Positions 13,350-25,850 of a stretch of DNA of 64,000 bases are shown piece by piece. Numbering within the stretch: the first letter of the stretch is position 1; each line of letters starts with the position of its first letter. The translations under genes were made by a program, and so were the position numbers. Source of the DNA: Vicugna vicugna (lineage: Eukaryota); assembly GCA_013265495.1 (NCBI GenBank), contig MU057703.1, positions 48,498 through 112,497 of the forward strand, in the 5' to 3' direction. The notes below the pieces were generated by a model, which saw only the letters and a program-made list of their open reading frames with translations, was not told the origin of the DNA and did no database searches.

Positions 13350-14612
13350 TAAAGAAAAAAATTTTTATTGAAGTATAGTCACATACAATGTGTCAATTTC
13401 TGGTGTACAGCACAATGTCACAGTCATGCATATATATGCATATGTTCACTTTCATACTCTTCTTCACTGTTATTACAATATATTGAATATAGTTCCCTGT
13501 GCTATACAAAAGAAACTTTTTTAAAAAATCTATTTTTATATATAGTAGCAACATTTGCAAATCTCAAACTCCCAAATTTATGCCTTACCACTCCCTTTCC
13601 CCAGTAACCATAAGATTGTTTATTATGTCTGCAAATCTGTTTCTGTTTTGTAGATGAGTTCATTAGTGTCCTTTTTTTCTTTTTTTTTAAGATTTCACAT
13701 ATGAGTGATATCATATTGTTGCCAACGAAATGAATCACAGAAATGTGGCTGACGAAATGAATTACAAAAATATGGCCGACGAAATGTGGCCGACGAAATG
13801 AATCCCTGAGCGGCTGTGGTGCAAAAAGTCTCCCGAGGCTCGGGTCTCTATTCTTATACCCCTCACACAAAGGAGCAACCCGAACCCGTACCAAGCATCG
13901 CAAGACAGCATGTTTTGAATTGACGCAAGCGCACTACATCTAAGACATTTCTCCTAGTCATTTTCTTATCGTAAGTATCCTTATTGTTTTTAGACCCTCC
14001 TGTTCACTTCCTTATCCTAAGTATCTTTATTGCTCTCAGACCCTCCTGTTCCCAGGCCTGTTACTTTTGAGGAACAGATAAACATCCTTGTTTGCAAGCA
14101 ATGTTCCTCCTGGGAAGAGGAAGGGTCATTTGGCAGGAATTTCTGTTTGCAGATAAGTCCGGCCACTTCTGTGAGATGTCCCGTGTGCAGGCACATCCGC
14201 GGTTTCCTTACTAAATCTCCTTCATCATATGGTATTTTTCTTTCTCTTTCTGGCTTACTTGACTTAGAATGACAATCTCAAGGTCCATTCATGTTGTTGC
14301 AAATGGCATTATTTCATTCTTTTTATGGCTGAGTAGTATTCCATTGTATAAATATACCACAACTTCTTTATCCAGTCATCTGTTGGTGGACATGTAGGTT
14401 TCTTTGTGTCTTGGCTATTGTATATAGTGATGCTATGAACATTGGGGTGCATGTATCTTTTCAAATTAGAGTTCCCTCTAGATGTACACCCAGAAGTAGG
14501 TTTGCTGGCTCACATGGTAAGTCTATTTTTAGTTTTTTGAGGAATCTGCATACTGTTTTCCATAATGGCTGCACCAAACTACATTCCCACCAACAGTGCA
14601 GGAATGTTCCCT
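13350..14612 (-). mobile_element. Young camelid-type L1 3' end, host of a solo LTR
   Basis: Antisense tail tttttattgaagtatagtc...aatttctggtgtacagc. The L1 resumes seamlessly after the LTR at 14225. Probable 12-bp TSD taaaaagc(a/t)aat at 13338-13349 and 14613-14624. Confidence 0.9.
13717..14224 (-). mobile_element. ERV solo LTR, probably class II (ERV2/betaretrovirus-like)
   Basis: 508 bp, TG...CA termini, perfect 6-bp TSD TCATAT (13711-13716 and 14225-14230), CpG-rich. Strand inferred from a minus-strand TATA-like GGGTATAAG near 13854-13862. Confidence 0.9.
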
Positions 14613-14964
14613 TAAAAAGCTAATGTTTTGATGAGTAAGATGAATGTGATTCAAAATTCCAAATATCAAAAGATTTTGGGCTTTATTCACAGAAAGAACT
14701 ATTTACAGTTATCAAGATTTAAATAAATATTTAATTTATTAAAGCTAAAAATAAAACAGCCTAATTTTCCTTATGTTTTGAAGTTTTACATACAAATCTC
14801 ATTATGGTATTTATAAATCTAATAAAATAGGAACATTTCTTTTCAATTTTTTCTTAGATTAGTGTTTGATCAACTTAATTTGAAAAGAATAGATTCCCTT
14901 AAACAAGAAGTCTCATTCACTAATTTAATTAATTAAATTTCCTAGAGCATTTTACACTGCTCTT

Positions 14965-16430
14965 ATAAATACAACATATTTGAACTATAAAACTTCATGG
15001 AAAGAAACTACAAAGTATTGCTGGAAGATATTAAGGAATATCTAAATAAATTTAAGAGATAGTCCATATTCTGAAGACTCAACATTATGAAGACAGCAAT
15101 TCTCTCCAAGTTTGATATACAAATATAGTGAAAAGCTTATCAAAATCCCAACTGACTCTTACTGCTAAAATTCACAAGCCAATTCTAAAATTTATATTGA
15201 AGATCAAAAAAATTCCTGAAGTAGAACAAAGTTGGAGGACTTACACTACTCAATTTCAATAACTACTACAAAGCTACAGTAATCAAGATAATGTGGTAAA
15301 GATAGACACATAGATCAATAAAAAAGAATTTAAAGTCCAGAAATCAATCTTTATGTATATGGCCTATTGAATTTAGATACAGGTGCTAGGTCCATTTCAG
15401 TGAGGAAATAAGAGTTTTTTCAACAAAGAATGCTAAGACATTGGTTTTCCACATGCAGAAATATGAATTTAGACTCTCACATCACACACTGCACAAAAAT
15501 TAACTCAAAGTGGGCCATAAATCTAACTTTACCAGCTAAAACTATAAACTCTTAGAAGAAAACATAGAAGTAAATCTTCATGGTCTTGGGTTGGGCCAAA
15601 ATTTTTTAGAGTGACACCAAGCACAAATGACAAAGAAAATTAAAATCTTTCTGCTTCAAAAGACATCATTTAAAAATAAAAGTAAAAGGCACAGAAAGAA
15701 ATAAAATATTTGTAAATCTTATATCCAGCAAAGGACTTGTATCCAAAATACATAAAGGACTTTAAAACTCAATAAGAAGGCAAATGACCCAATTTTTGTA
15801 TAGATATTTCACCAGAGAATATATAGGAATAATCACATAAAAAATGCATAGCACAGCTAGTCATTAGGGAAATGCAAATTAAAACCATAACGAGATATGA
15901 TTTCACACACACAGTAATGATGATAATCATAAGAAAGACAATAATAAGTGTTGGCGAGGATATGGAGAAACTGGAAACCTTATCCATTGGTGGTAGAAAT
16001 GCAAAATGGTGCAGCCACTTTGCAAAACAATTTGGCAGTTTCTTAAAAAGTTAAATATAAATTTACCATAAGATCCAGTAATTCTACTCATAGGTACCTG
16101 TCCAACCAAAATGAAAACATATATCCACATACAGGCTTCTATGTAAGTGATTATCGCAGCATATTTATAACAGCCAAAATGTGAAAACAATCCAAATATC
16201 CATCAAGCAGTGAATGAGTAAACAAATTGTGGTGTATTCATACAATGGAATACTGCTCATGGATAAAAGGGAGAAATGTTACAACACGGATGACCCTTAA
16301 AACATTATGCTAAATGAAAGAAACCAAACACAAAGACTGCATGTTGTTTGATTCCATTTATATGAGAAGGTCAGAAAAAACAAATCCATAGAAATAAGAA
16401 GTAGATTATGGGCTAGGGATGGAAGGGAAA
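14965..16430 (+). mobile_element. Old L1M (L1MB-like) ORF2 3' remnant plus 3' UTR
   Basis: Decayed ORF2 C-terminal sequence (agggaaatgcaaattaaaaccata, ORF track MQIKTITRY) and L1 3' UTR motifs. Confidence 0.85.
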
Positions 16431-16903
16431 TGTGGTAGTGGAATTATGGCCTTCTGTGTATGTCCATGTCCTAGAACCCAAAGTCTCTGAATGTGTTATC
16501 TCACATGGCAATAGAGATTTTGCATAGGTCACTGAGTTAAGAATTTTGAGATGAGGAGATTTTTCTGGATTATCTGGAAGACCCAATGAAATTTCACAAG
16601 AGAATATGTAAGAAGAAAGCAGGAATGTCAGAATTGAGGGAGAGATTTGAAGATTTTATGTTTCCGGATTTGAAAAAGGAGAAAGAGGTTAAGAACAAAG
16701 GAATTCTGACTATCTCCAGAAGCTAGAGAAAAAGCAAGAGAATGGATTATACCTGTAATAAGCAACTAGCAAGGAAACAGATTCTTCCTTAGAGCTTCCA
16801 GAGGAAGGTATCAATATCTTGATTTTAGTCTGAAAAGATCTATTTTTGACCTCTGACTTATAGAACTATAAGTAATTTGTTATAGTCATAATAGAAAATT
16901 ATG
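16431..16903 (+). mobile_element. MaLR LTR, MLT1D-like
   Basis: tgtggtag start, catggcaatagagattttgca, gagatgaggagatt...ctggattatc, and taatttgttatag near the end. Confidence 0.75.
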
Positions 16904-16909
16904 CTCTAT

Positions 16910-17286
16910 TTTTTCTAGAGACTCTAGGGGAACTTTTGTTTTTGTTTTTTCTTTCTTTCTTTCTATTATTATTGTTGTTGTTGTTGTTGTTATTATTGCT
17001 TTTTCCTGATTCTAGAGGCTTGTCTGGCTTTTTGGCTCATGGCCCCACATCATCAGCTTCTGCTTCCATGGTCACAACCCCTTCTCTGACTTCTGCTCCC
17101 CTCTTTTATTAGTAAGAACCCTTGTGATTACATTGGGCACACAAATACAAGATAAATCTTCTCATCTCAAGATCCTTAACTTTATCACATCTACACAATC
17201 CCTTTTGCCATTTAGGATAACATATTTATAGGTCCCAGGGAATTAGGATGTGCATATAATTGAAGGGCATTATTCTGCCTACCACA
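16910..17286 (-). mobile_element. MaLR LTR, MLT1C/D-like, partial
   Basis: cccttgtgattacattggg...catctcaagatccttaac...attctgcctaccaca terminus. Confidence 0.75.
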
Positions 17287-17398
17287 CCTCATAAAGCTAT
17301 TAAAATTCTATACTTGATTCTTATGTAAGCATTTCAAATGCTTTATAGAACAAATTGATAATTTAATAAAAATTTTTTTTAAAAAATTAACATATGTA

Positions 17399-17495
17399 GG
17401 GGGTTGGGTATAGCTCAGTGGAAGAGCACATGCTTAGGATGCACAAGATCCTGGGTTCAATCCCAAGTACCTTAATTAAAAATGTATAGATCTAA
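17399..17495 (+). mobile_element. tRNA-derived SINE, Vic-1-like (camelid)
   Basis: Pol III A box TAGCTCAGTGG (17411-17421), B box GGTTCAATCC (17454-17463), tRNA-Ala-like head, and A-rich tail. Confidence 0.85.
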
Positions 17496-17761
17496 AAAGT
17501 TTTTTAAATTATAAATATATGAAATTAGATTTTTGAAATTGTTCTAATTCTATTTACAAACTAAATCAAATCCTTTAAGCTTTTCTGTTTAAAATCATTA
17601 AGAATAATAAAAACTCAAATTACTCTCATATTTGACATTAAAATGTTCATATTATGAATTTTATTTATTTCATCATTTTCAAATTTAACCATAAATCCGC
17701 CCTGGGTTGAAAAGACAGTAACCCAAACAACTTGGTCGAACAATTTTTCAGTGAGAAAAAT

Positions 17762-19224
17762 TTGACACATAGATCAGTGGAACAGAATGCAGAGCCCAGG
17801 AATAAATTCACACTTATATGGCCAGTTAATCTTTGACAAAGAAGGGCCAGAACACACAATGAGGAAAGATAGCCTTCTCAATAAGTGGTTTTGGAAAAAA
17901 CAGACAACTACAAGCGAAAAATCTGAGTGGACTGCTTTCTTCCACCGTATTCAATGTTAAAGTCAAAATGGATTAAAGATTTAAATGTAAGACCTGAAAC
18001 CATAAAATAACAGGCACTACATTCTCTGACATAAGTCTTAGGAATATAATTTTGGATCAGTCTCCTCAGACAAATATAACAAAGCAAAGATAAACAAATG
18101 ACACCACATCAAACTAAGCTTTTGCACAGTGAAAGAAATCATCAACAAAACAGTCAGTCAGTCTACTGAATGAGAGAAGATATTTACAAACGATGTATCT
18201 GATAAGATGTTATATCCAAAATATATAAAGAAGTCACACAACTCAATGTCAAAACATAAACAGTCCAATTAAAAAATGGGCAGAGGATCTATTTAGACAT
18301 TTCTCCAAAGAAGACATATGGATGGTCAACAGACACATGAAGAGATGTTCAACATCACCAATTACCAGGGGAATCAAAACCACAATGAGAAATTACTTCA
18401 CATCTATAAGAATGGCTATCATTAAAAACAACAACAACAACAACAAATAACAAGTGTTGGTGAAGATGTGGAGTCAAGGGAACCTTCACGCACTGCTGGT
18501 GTGATTGTAAATTGGTGCAACCAGAATGGAAGACAGCATGGAGGTTCCTAAAAAAATTAAAAATAGAATTACCTTGCAATTCAACAATTTCACTTCTGAT
18601 ATTTACTCACAGAAAACAAAAACACTAGTTTGAAAACACATGAGCATTCTTATGTTCACTGCAGCATTATTTACAATAGCCAAGATATGGGAGCACCAGA
18701 GTGTTCATTGATAGATGAATGGATAAAGAAGATATATAATGTAAATTACTCAACCATAAAAATGAAATCTTGCCGTTTGTGACAATATGAATGGATCTAG
18801 AGGGTATCACGCTAAGTGCAGTAAGTCAGAGAGAAATACAGATATCATATGATCTCACTAATTTTGTGAAATCTAAAATGCAAAGCAAATGAACAAACAA
18901 AAAGAAAACAACAGACTCATAGATGCAGAGAACAAACAGGTGATTACCGGTGGGAAAGGGCGTGGGGAGATTGGGAGAAATAGATGAAGGTGATTAGAAG
19001 GTATCAATTTCCAGTTATAAGATAAATGTCATGGCGATGATATACAGCATAAGAAAAATGGTCAATAATATTGCAATAACTTTGTATGGGGACAGATGGT
19101 GACTAGATTTATTGTGGTGATCATTTTGCAATATATTTAAATGTCAAATAACTATGCTGTACACCTGAAACTGACACAATATTATATGCCAACCATATTT
19201 CACCAAAAAGTAAAATAAAATAAA
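17762..19224 (+). mobile_element. L1 ORF2 3' remnant plus complete 3' UTR (intermediate age)
   Basis: Decayed ORF2 (tatggccagttaatctttgacaaag = YGQLIFDK), with 3' end tgtacacctgaaact... and an A-rich tail. Confidence 0.9.
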
Positions 19225-19704
19225 TTCGTGGCATAAGAAAAAAGAAGACTACCAATGGTTGCCTATACAGATAATGCATAAGTTGACTGTAGATGCATTT
19301 AGTTTTATTCTTCTATATCTCTAGTTTATTTAACTAGTACACATTGTTTTCATAATACAAATATAAAATAAATTTTAAATGCGGAAATTTAGCTTTCCTC
19401 AGAGCATTAACAATATACACTTTCATTTATACACCTTTGCCCTGAATGGAGTTGCCAGGTCACTTCTAACTGCCAATGAACTCAGAAGGTAATTATTTCT
19501 GCCCTAAATAAAATTGGAGTTTTGATAGTAAATAAGAAGCAAGGGGAAGAATGTATTTTGGATAGGCAAATGGCAGTATCCACTGTAGATTCAATATATG
19601 CTGAACTTTGTATTTAATTATTACTTAGCTGTAGTTTGCCTGAAAGATTGATTTGTAGATAGGCGTCTATACCTAATGATTATATGTTAGTTTGTGCATC
19701 CAGA

Positions 19705-19846
19705 GTGATGGCGTAGTGGAAAAAGCATGGTTGGATTCAGTCCTGGGTTCTAATCCTGTCTCTATACATCTTATCTTCTGCTCTGAAAAGAGTGAAAATA
19801 ATCCCTGCCTTTTGGTGATGCTTAAACAGAATAAGGCTATGAAGTG
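19705..19846 (+). mobile_element. MIR fragment
   Basis: gtagtggaaaaagcatgg...cctgggttctaatcctg head motif. Confidence 0.55.
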
Positions 19847-22004
19847 TGACCTATATAAAGAGACACATGTAGGGTTGGACTTACCAACAAGGTCATACGG
19901 TTTAGCCATCCACAAGGGGCTCATTCTAATTCTCTCTATATTGTGTTAGGCAAGGTTTGAGTTCCACAGGTGGGAAACTCAGTTTTTAAGGAATTAATTC
20001 CATTTGTAGAAATATCTGACTGTTGTAAAGTTTTTTCTTTTATTGGCTCAAATCTGTCTTCCATTTTATAGCCAAGGTTCCTACAAAATTAAGAACATAT
20101 CTTGGAATTTAAAAGCACTGTATAATAAATAGATAGCTTTCTATTCAGTGTTTGATTTAGGGTTGTTATTATTTCCAATATAATTTTTCATTTATTTCAG
20201 AGGCAAAATATTTCCTTATGTGTTTTCCATTGCAGTAATATTTCTCTTTAATGTTTGTCGCCAGTGTGATTCCAGCAAATAGCTGCCTTTATAAATTAAC
20301 CTTGATATTACCTAACTAATGAATATGAATGTGTCCAGTTTTTCCATTTCCTTTCAGGGCAAGCACATCTGGTACTCAGAAGCATTGCTGCAATCTCACA
20401 CAAAGAGGGTTAGTTGATGAGGCTCCTTGAATATCCCAAGTGCCAATGAAAGCAACTTGGCTTCTTCTGAATGCTCTATTTCATGCCCCAAATACTGTGT
20501 GAGTGTCTAAAACTGCACATGTCTTTCTGATAGTTTTTTTTGCTTCCTTGATACCCAGGCCAATATCAAAGGCGTTCCTCTATCTTTTTGGTGCGTTATC
20601 TGAATCCCAGGGTGTCTTCCAAGCCTGATGTTTGCGTGGGACTAAGCATCAATAGGGCTATCTGCCCCACCGGAAGTGGCTTTGCCATCTGGCTTGAGGA
20701 AATTGGGTCGTGTCCTACTGATTCAAAGTGAATTGGTAGTAAATCTTTCTTACGTCGCAGCACAAAACACAATCATGAAAAGGCTGCCTTTGAAACGTAG
20801 AGAGACATATCTTTGGACTGATGCTCAACTCATTTTACCCACATATGCCAACCAGGAAATCATCAGTCTAATACCATTTATGGAATATCTATTACATGCC
20901 AAATGTTTTAGATTCATTATCTGTAATATGAAAACCACATGTTAAGTTTAATTTAAATTAGGTTTAATTAAAAGCAAATCATTTAATTTTATTTTTTAAT
21001 TAAGTAAAAAATCAAATATTTATTTTATTTATTTATTACAGGTGTGTTCCTAGGCTTCGAGAGATTAATTGAGATGTGTAAAGACGGGCAGCCCAGCAGA
21101 AGTGCATCTTGGGTCCAAACCTGCATCAGTTCCATGGCCACCACATGCATCTCTTCTTTACCACCTAAAATCAGCTTTCTGAGTCGTTCTTCTAGTTTCT
21201 CTGCCATTCACTTGTATCATGGACAAAGGGAGTTAGTGTGTGTGTTTTTTTTAATTTGTATTTATTATTTGTAGTTTTTTCTCCTGAAATAAATAAACTT
21301 TGAATTTACACAAAACAAAATAGTATTTGCACTCTAACATTTTCAAAAGCCAAAAAAAAAAAAAGTCCTTGAAAGACTTCCATGAGTTTTCTCTTAGTAT
21401 GTGTTAGTCATTTTGACTTTTCAGCTCTTTCCCAATTGCAAAGATTTGTTTACTCACTCGAACACAAATTGTTTTAAGCCAACTTAGTATTCATTTGGGC
21501 AGAAAGGAAACCTAAGTAGCATGCAAATGTGACATAAAAGAAGAAAAAATACTGTCTAGTTAAAATTACTCGATCATTTCAAATGATAAGCCTCAGTCAG
21601 AACAGAAAGCAAGCTAAGGCTAGATAAGTCACTATCCAGCTGGGAAATAAAGGGTTTCAGAAGAAATTCCTCTTTTGTTTAAAATCACTATCTATAAGAA
21701 CTTTTGTAGACAGTACACTCAATGTACATTTAAACTTGACTCTCTCTCTTTATTGCTTATTGAACCAGGCGTTCTCGAAGTGCAGTAAGAAGACAATTTT
21801 CTTGCGATATCCTGTATCAATTATCCAGTTAAAAGTGTCAAATGAATGTTTTAGAACTTTTAGAATATTAATTTGAGAAGTCTTTTTTCTGTGGCAAATA
21901 TGTCCTACAAGGAAAAAAAGTTTTCTTTGTGCTCTATAGAACAGAAAGGTTTCTTTCTATCTCTTTTCAAGTAATTCTCATTTAAGATATAGAAATTGCA
22001 TTTG

Positions 22005-22087
22005 CATGTATATGCATGGCTGGGACACTCTGCTGTACACCAGAAATTGACACATTGTAACTGACTATACTTCAATTTAAAAAAAAA
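22005..22087 (+). mobile_element. Ultra-short young L1 3' tail (83 bp)
   Basis: Perfect 14-bp TSD agaaattgcatttg (21991-22004 and 22088-22101), and poly(A). Confidence 0.9.
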
Positions 22088-22739
22088 AGAAATTGCATTT
22101 GTTTTCAAAGTAACTGAGATACTACTTTTTAAAGAAGAATATAGATGTATACCAACACAGTAAAATGGCATGAATAGAAGCAATAAAAATAAAGATCAAA
22201 AATCACTGATTTCATGTACTAATTTTCTTTTTATTATCAAATTCCTTCTTTCCAAAGTGAATAGACTTCTAAGAATGGAACTTTAAGAATTTCATTGTTC
22301 ATAACATCTTTTTTTCATGGAAGTCTCTAGTCACCCAATCTGCTGGAGCAACCTTAAAGTTTGCTGATCCTAGTCAGGGGCCAGAATGGACAGTTGCTCA
22401 GATTTAAGACTCTGGCTATAAAAGTAGGAGAGAACCAGGACCCACTGATGGAAAATCCAATTCACCTGAGTTGGCTACTCATAGATTCCTAGACAGAAGC
22501 AAGCTGGAGGTCAGACCTAGAAGATGGGACAGAGATTACAGTTTGGTGTAACAGGGACTTCAGCATAAATGTGAGTGGGATTCTATATACAGTCACAGTG
22601 GTTTGAGGGAAAGAATCCAAGCATTAAGGACATAAAAAAGGACATGATTCCTACAGTCCTGCTTTGTCTTCTCTTCTGTTGCTATAATCTTCCTTAGACG
22701 GTATTTTCAATTATCATGGTTTACAATAACATTTTAATG

Positions 22740-23697
22740 CTGGTCGTATCTGTATTTCTATTCCAAGTCCAGATGCCCCTTCGGAGTAGTGATTTCACAG
22801 ACTTCTGCATACATGGTATCTCCACCAGGGTGTCTGAGTTACAGTCTTCAAAACAGAAATCTGCATTTTTTCCCACAACTCATTTTTCACTTCTACTCTT
22901 CTTCATTTTAGTAAATAGCAACATCGATCTCCTGCCCTTGGCTCACATCAAAATGTGTTTCCTTTTCTTCACTCACCTGAGCAAATCCTCTGGATTTAAT
23001 GTCCAAAAGATATAATGAATCTACTCATTTCTCTGAAAGCCCATTGATATCACAAAGTACAAGATACTATCACCAATTGTTGAGATCACAGTGTTAATCT
23101 CCTAGCTCATTTTCTTACTTTTATTCCTGTTCCCTTACAGCACTTTGTTAACCAGCAGTGAGTAACTTAAAATATAAATTACACCATGTTATTCTCCTGT
23201 TTAAAGCTTCCTAGTGTCCCCCCACCACTAAATTCAAAATAAAATCCAAAAATCTTTCAGTGGCCTAAAGACATTGCCTTATCTAGGTCTAGCTGCTCTT
23301 TCCACCCCAACACACCTGTCTAACATCCTCTGTGTACTGAATGTTCCAGGCTCTGTCCCATCTCATGGCTTTTACACAAGCTATCCCCTGTGTCTGGAAT
23401 GCACTTACCCCAAATTTCTCCATTCATTCTCTTCTTTTAGGTCTTAACTTCAATGCTACATCCTCATCAGTTCTCTCCTGACCACCTTTCCCAATGCAGG
23501 TTCTCATCTGATATTACATCAGACACTTGTATCCTTCAAAACAGTTACTACAATTCGCAACTTAATTTGTCTATTTCTTTTCTTTTTTGCCTCTTTCCCT
23601 TACTGCAATGTAAGCTCCATGTCTTCCTTATTTACTAGTTTCTCAACCATTTCTTTAATGAGAAAATTGTTAAAGTAAATAAATGAAAATAAATGAT
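22740..23697 (+). mobile_element. L2 LINE 3' region
   Basis: Pyrimidine-rich L2 body (tctggaatgc, aatgtaagctccatg) ending in aaataaatga-type tail. Confidence 0.65.
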
Positions 23698-24081
23698 TTC
23701 CGAATGGTCGAAGAGCCTTATTGGTTTGGATGAGGGAACATTTGTAAAGATGGATGCTCTGGTTAGGAGCAGTTTCCAAGGAGTACTGGGTTGACAGCAT
23801 TCAGGAGCAGGAGTTCCTCCCAGATTCCTTGTCAACCTCGTCTTGATCAAAGGAACCTGATGCGTCACTTATATTAGTTAATCTTACTGCCATTCCAGCT
23901 GCTGGTTGTTGAAGAAGCATGATCATTGAACATGTCAAGAATTATGGAGGTCAGAAAAACCATACGTCAGATAGAGAAAATTTTCTTGGGTGCACATTAG
24001 ACTGTTTACTGGTAGAGCTGGCCTATTATCTTCTTGTAGGCTTGGAAGTGAGAGCAGAAGAGATGGTCTCGTGGCAAAACG

Positions 24082-24100
24082 GGCTGCCATCTGGTGGCAA
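24082..24100 (-). promoter_or_regulatory. Predicted CTCF binding site
   Basis: Minus strand TTGCCACCAGATGGCAGCC matches the CTCF core CCASYAGRKGGCRS at all 14 positions. Confidence 0.6.
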
Positions 24101-24920
24101 CAAAGAGTGGTTTCTTCTTGCACGGCTACCTATTAACTTTACCCCCATTTAAGGACATTAAAATATAATTATTCCCCAGGTATATCTAAAACATTAATGG
24201 ACTTCCCCATTTGATATTTGTATTTTTTTTATTTCAAACACTACCAATTTGTAGAATCAGTGGGAAAATTCCACTGCATAAAATATGTATCTCCAGAACG
24301 AAAAAAACTCAGGGTTGCAAATTTATTGAACTTAAAATGATAGGTGTTCCTTTTCTAGGTAATTATTTTTTCACTAAGAATCTTTGAATAAACATAGAAT
24401 AAACATAGAATATATATAAGATGAATGATATAAACGTTTTATGTTTGAAGATGAATTAGTTCACACAACACCAATTTGACTCAAAAAAATAAGGAAAGTT
24501 ATGCACTATTGCATCAGGTACTCTCAAAAATAATGGATGGACACCTGTGTAATTTTATTAATCTTTATGATCATTTTGCTCCCTTGTTAGAACTGAGCTA
24601 CATAATGCGGCGTGGAAACCTTTAACATCTTGAACCTGAATTAGCTTTACCAAGAGTAGCTACAATCATTTCCCTCTTCATCACCTGCTCTAGTCACAGA
24701 AAACTCACCACTCCCCAAACGCTTCATTCACTTTAGTGCTTTTGCTCGTGTTAGTCCCAGTCCTGAGAATAATTCACCAGCTCTTTCTATCTGACGAGCC
24801 CTACTTAGTTTTTGAATATCCATCTCAGATGTATAGCTTCCTCTGAAAGCTTTTCTTCTTTTCCCTTTCTTTCAGGCAAAAAAAATCCTTTTGTTTTAGC
24901 TTTTTAGCTTCTATAATATT

Positions 24921-25049
24921 ATGTGTGTGTGTGTATATTATATATGTATATATTATGTATTATATATAGTGTACATGGTATATAGTATATATGGTGTGTG
25001 TGTATGTATGTATGTGTGTGTGTGTGTATACATAGAGACAGAGAGAGAG
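24921..25049. repeat. Compound (TG)/(TA)/(GA) microsatellite
   Basis: Directly visible. Confidence 0.9.
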
Positions 25050-25055
25050 GTGGCA

Positions 25056-25850
25056 CTTCATTCAATCATTCATCTGGTAAATAATTACTTAATTAGCCAC
25101 GCACTACGCAGGGTGCCAAAAAATACAACGATTATGTCACTGCTGTCATAGACTCTAGCAGAGTCAGGAAACATTATATGAACAATTACTGTGCGATGAA
25201 GGCGATGAAGACCTATAGGAAAATATGTCTTTTACATATAATAGAAGCTTTCCTGGGGAATGAACATAGGAATGAGTAGAAGCCAGCTGAGTAAAGAGAC
25301 AAGCACTCCAGGCAGATAACACAGCATGTATGAAAGCTCTCGGCTAGAAGATGGCATGTGCTAGTTTAGGGAACCAGAAGCTCAGTGTGCTAAAGCAGGG
25401 AGACTGAGGGGAGGAAGGACACGCAGATGAGGTGGTGAGTTAGGCAGTGGTTTGTAAATGTCCCTTAAAGCCTTATTGAGGATGTTAGACTTTACCCGAT
25501 AGTAAGGAGACATTACAGAAGCTTTTAAGAAGAGGACTAAACCAAGCAGACCTTGTGCTTTTGATGCATTATTCTGATTGCAAAGTGCAGAACAAACAGA
25601 GGCGATCACAGCAGGTTTGGGGAGGTGTAGGGAGGTTATTGCAGTAGCTTAGGTAAGAGATTTTGGTAGGTTGGGCTAGGACCTTAACCATGGGGATGGG
25701 GAGGAAGTGGTGTGATCTGAGTGTTATTTAGGAGGCAAAATTGACAGGACTTGGTGACTGGCTATGAGGAGTGAGAGAGCAGAATCAATCAAGGAAGGCA
25801 CCACAGTTTCTAGACTGAGCAGCTGGGTAGACAGTTGTGCTAACTGGAAA
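25056..25850 (-). mobile_element. L2 LINE 3' region
   Basis: ttcattcaatcattca tail, then L2 body (tgacaggacttggtgactgg, tgagcagctgggtagacag). Confidence 0.75.

Noticed and set aside
13721..13800. Short repeats with variable spacers resembling a CRISPR array
   Set aside because: 12-bp units with very short, related spacers inside a mammalian LTR, and no cas genes.
13502..13903. 133-aa ORF with repeated HFV motif
   Set aside because: The repeats come from the LTR 12-mer array, and the frame runs across the LTR/L1 junction.
17399..17471. Possible tRNA-Ala gene
   Set aside because: Acceptor and anticodon stems do not pair well and an A-rich tail follows, so it is a SINE.
23775..23845. Hairpin ggttgaca...tgtcaacc as a possible pre-miRNA
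   Set aside because: Only about 8 contiguous base pairs, and the rest pairs poorly.
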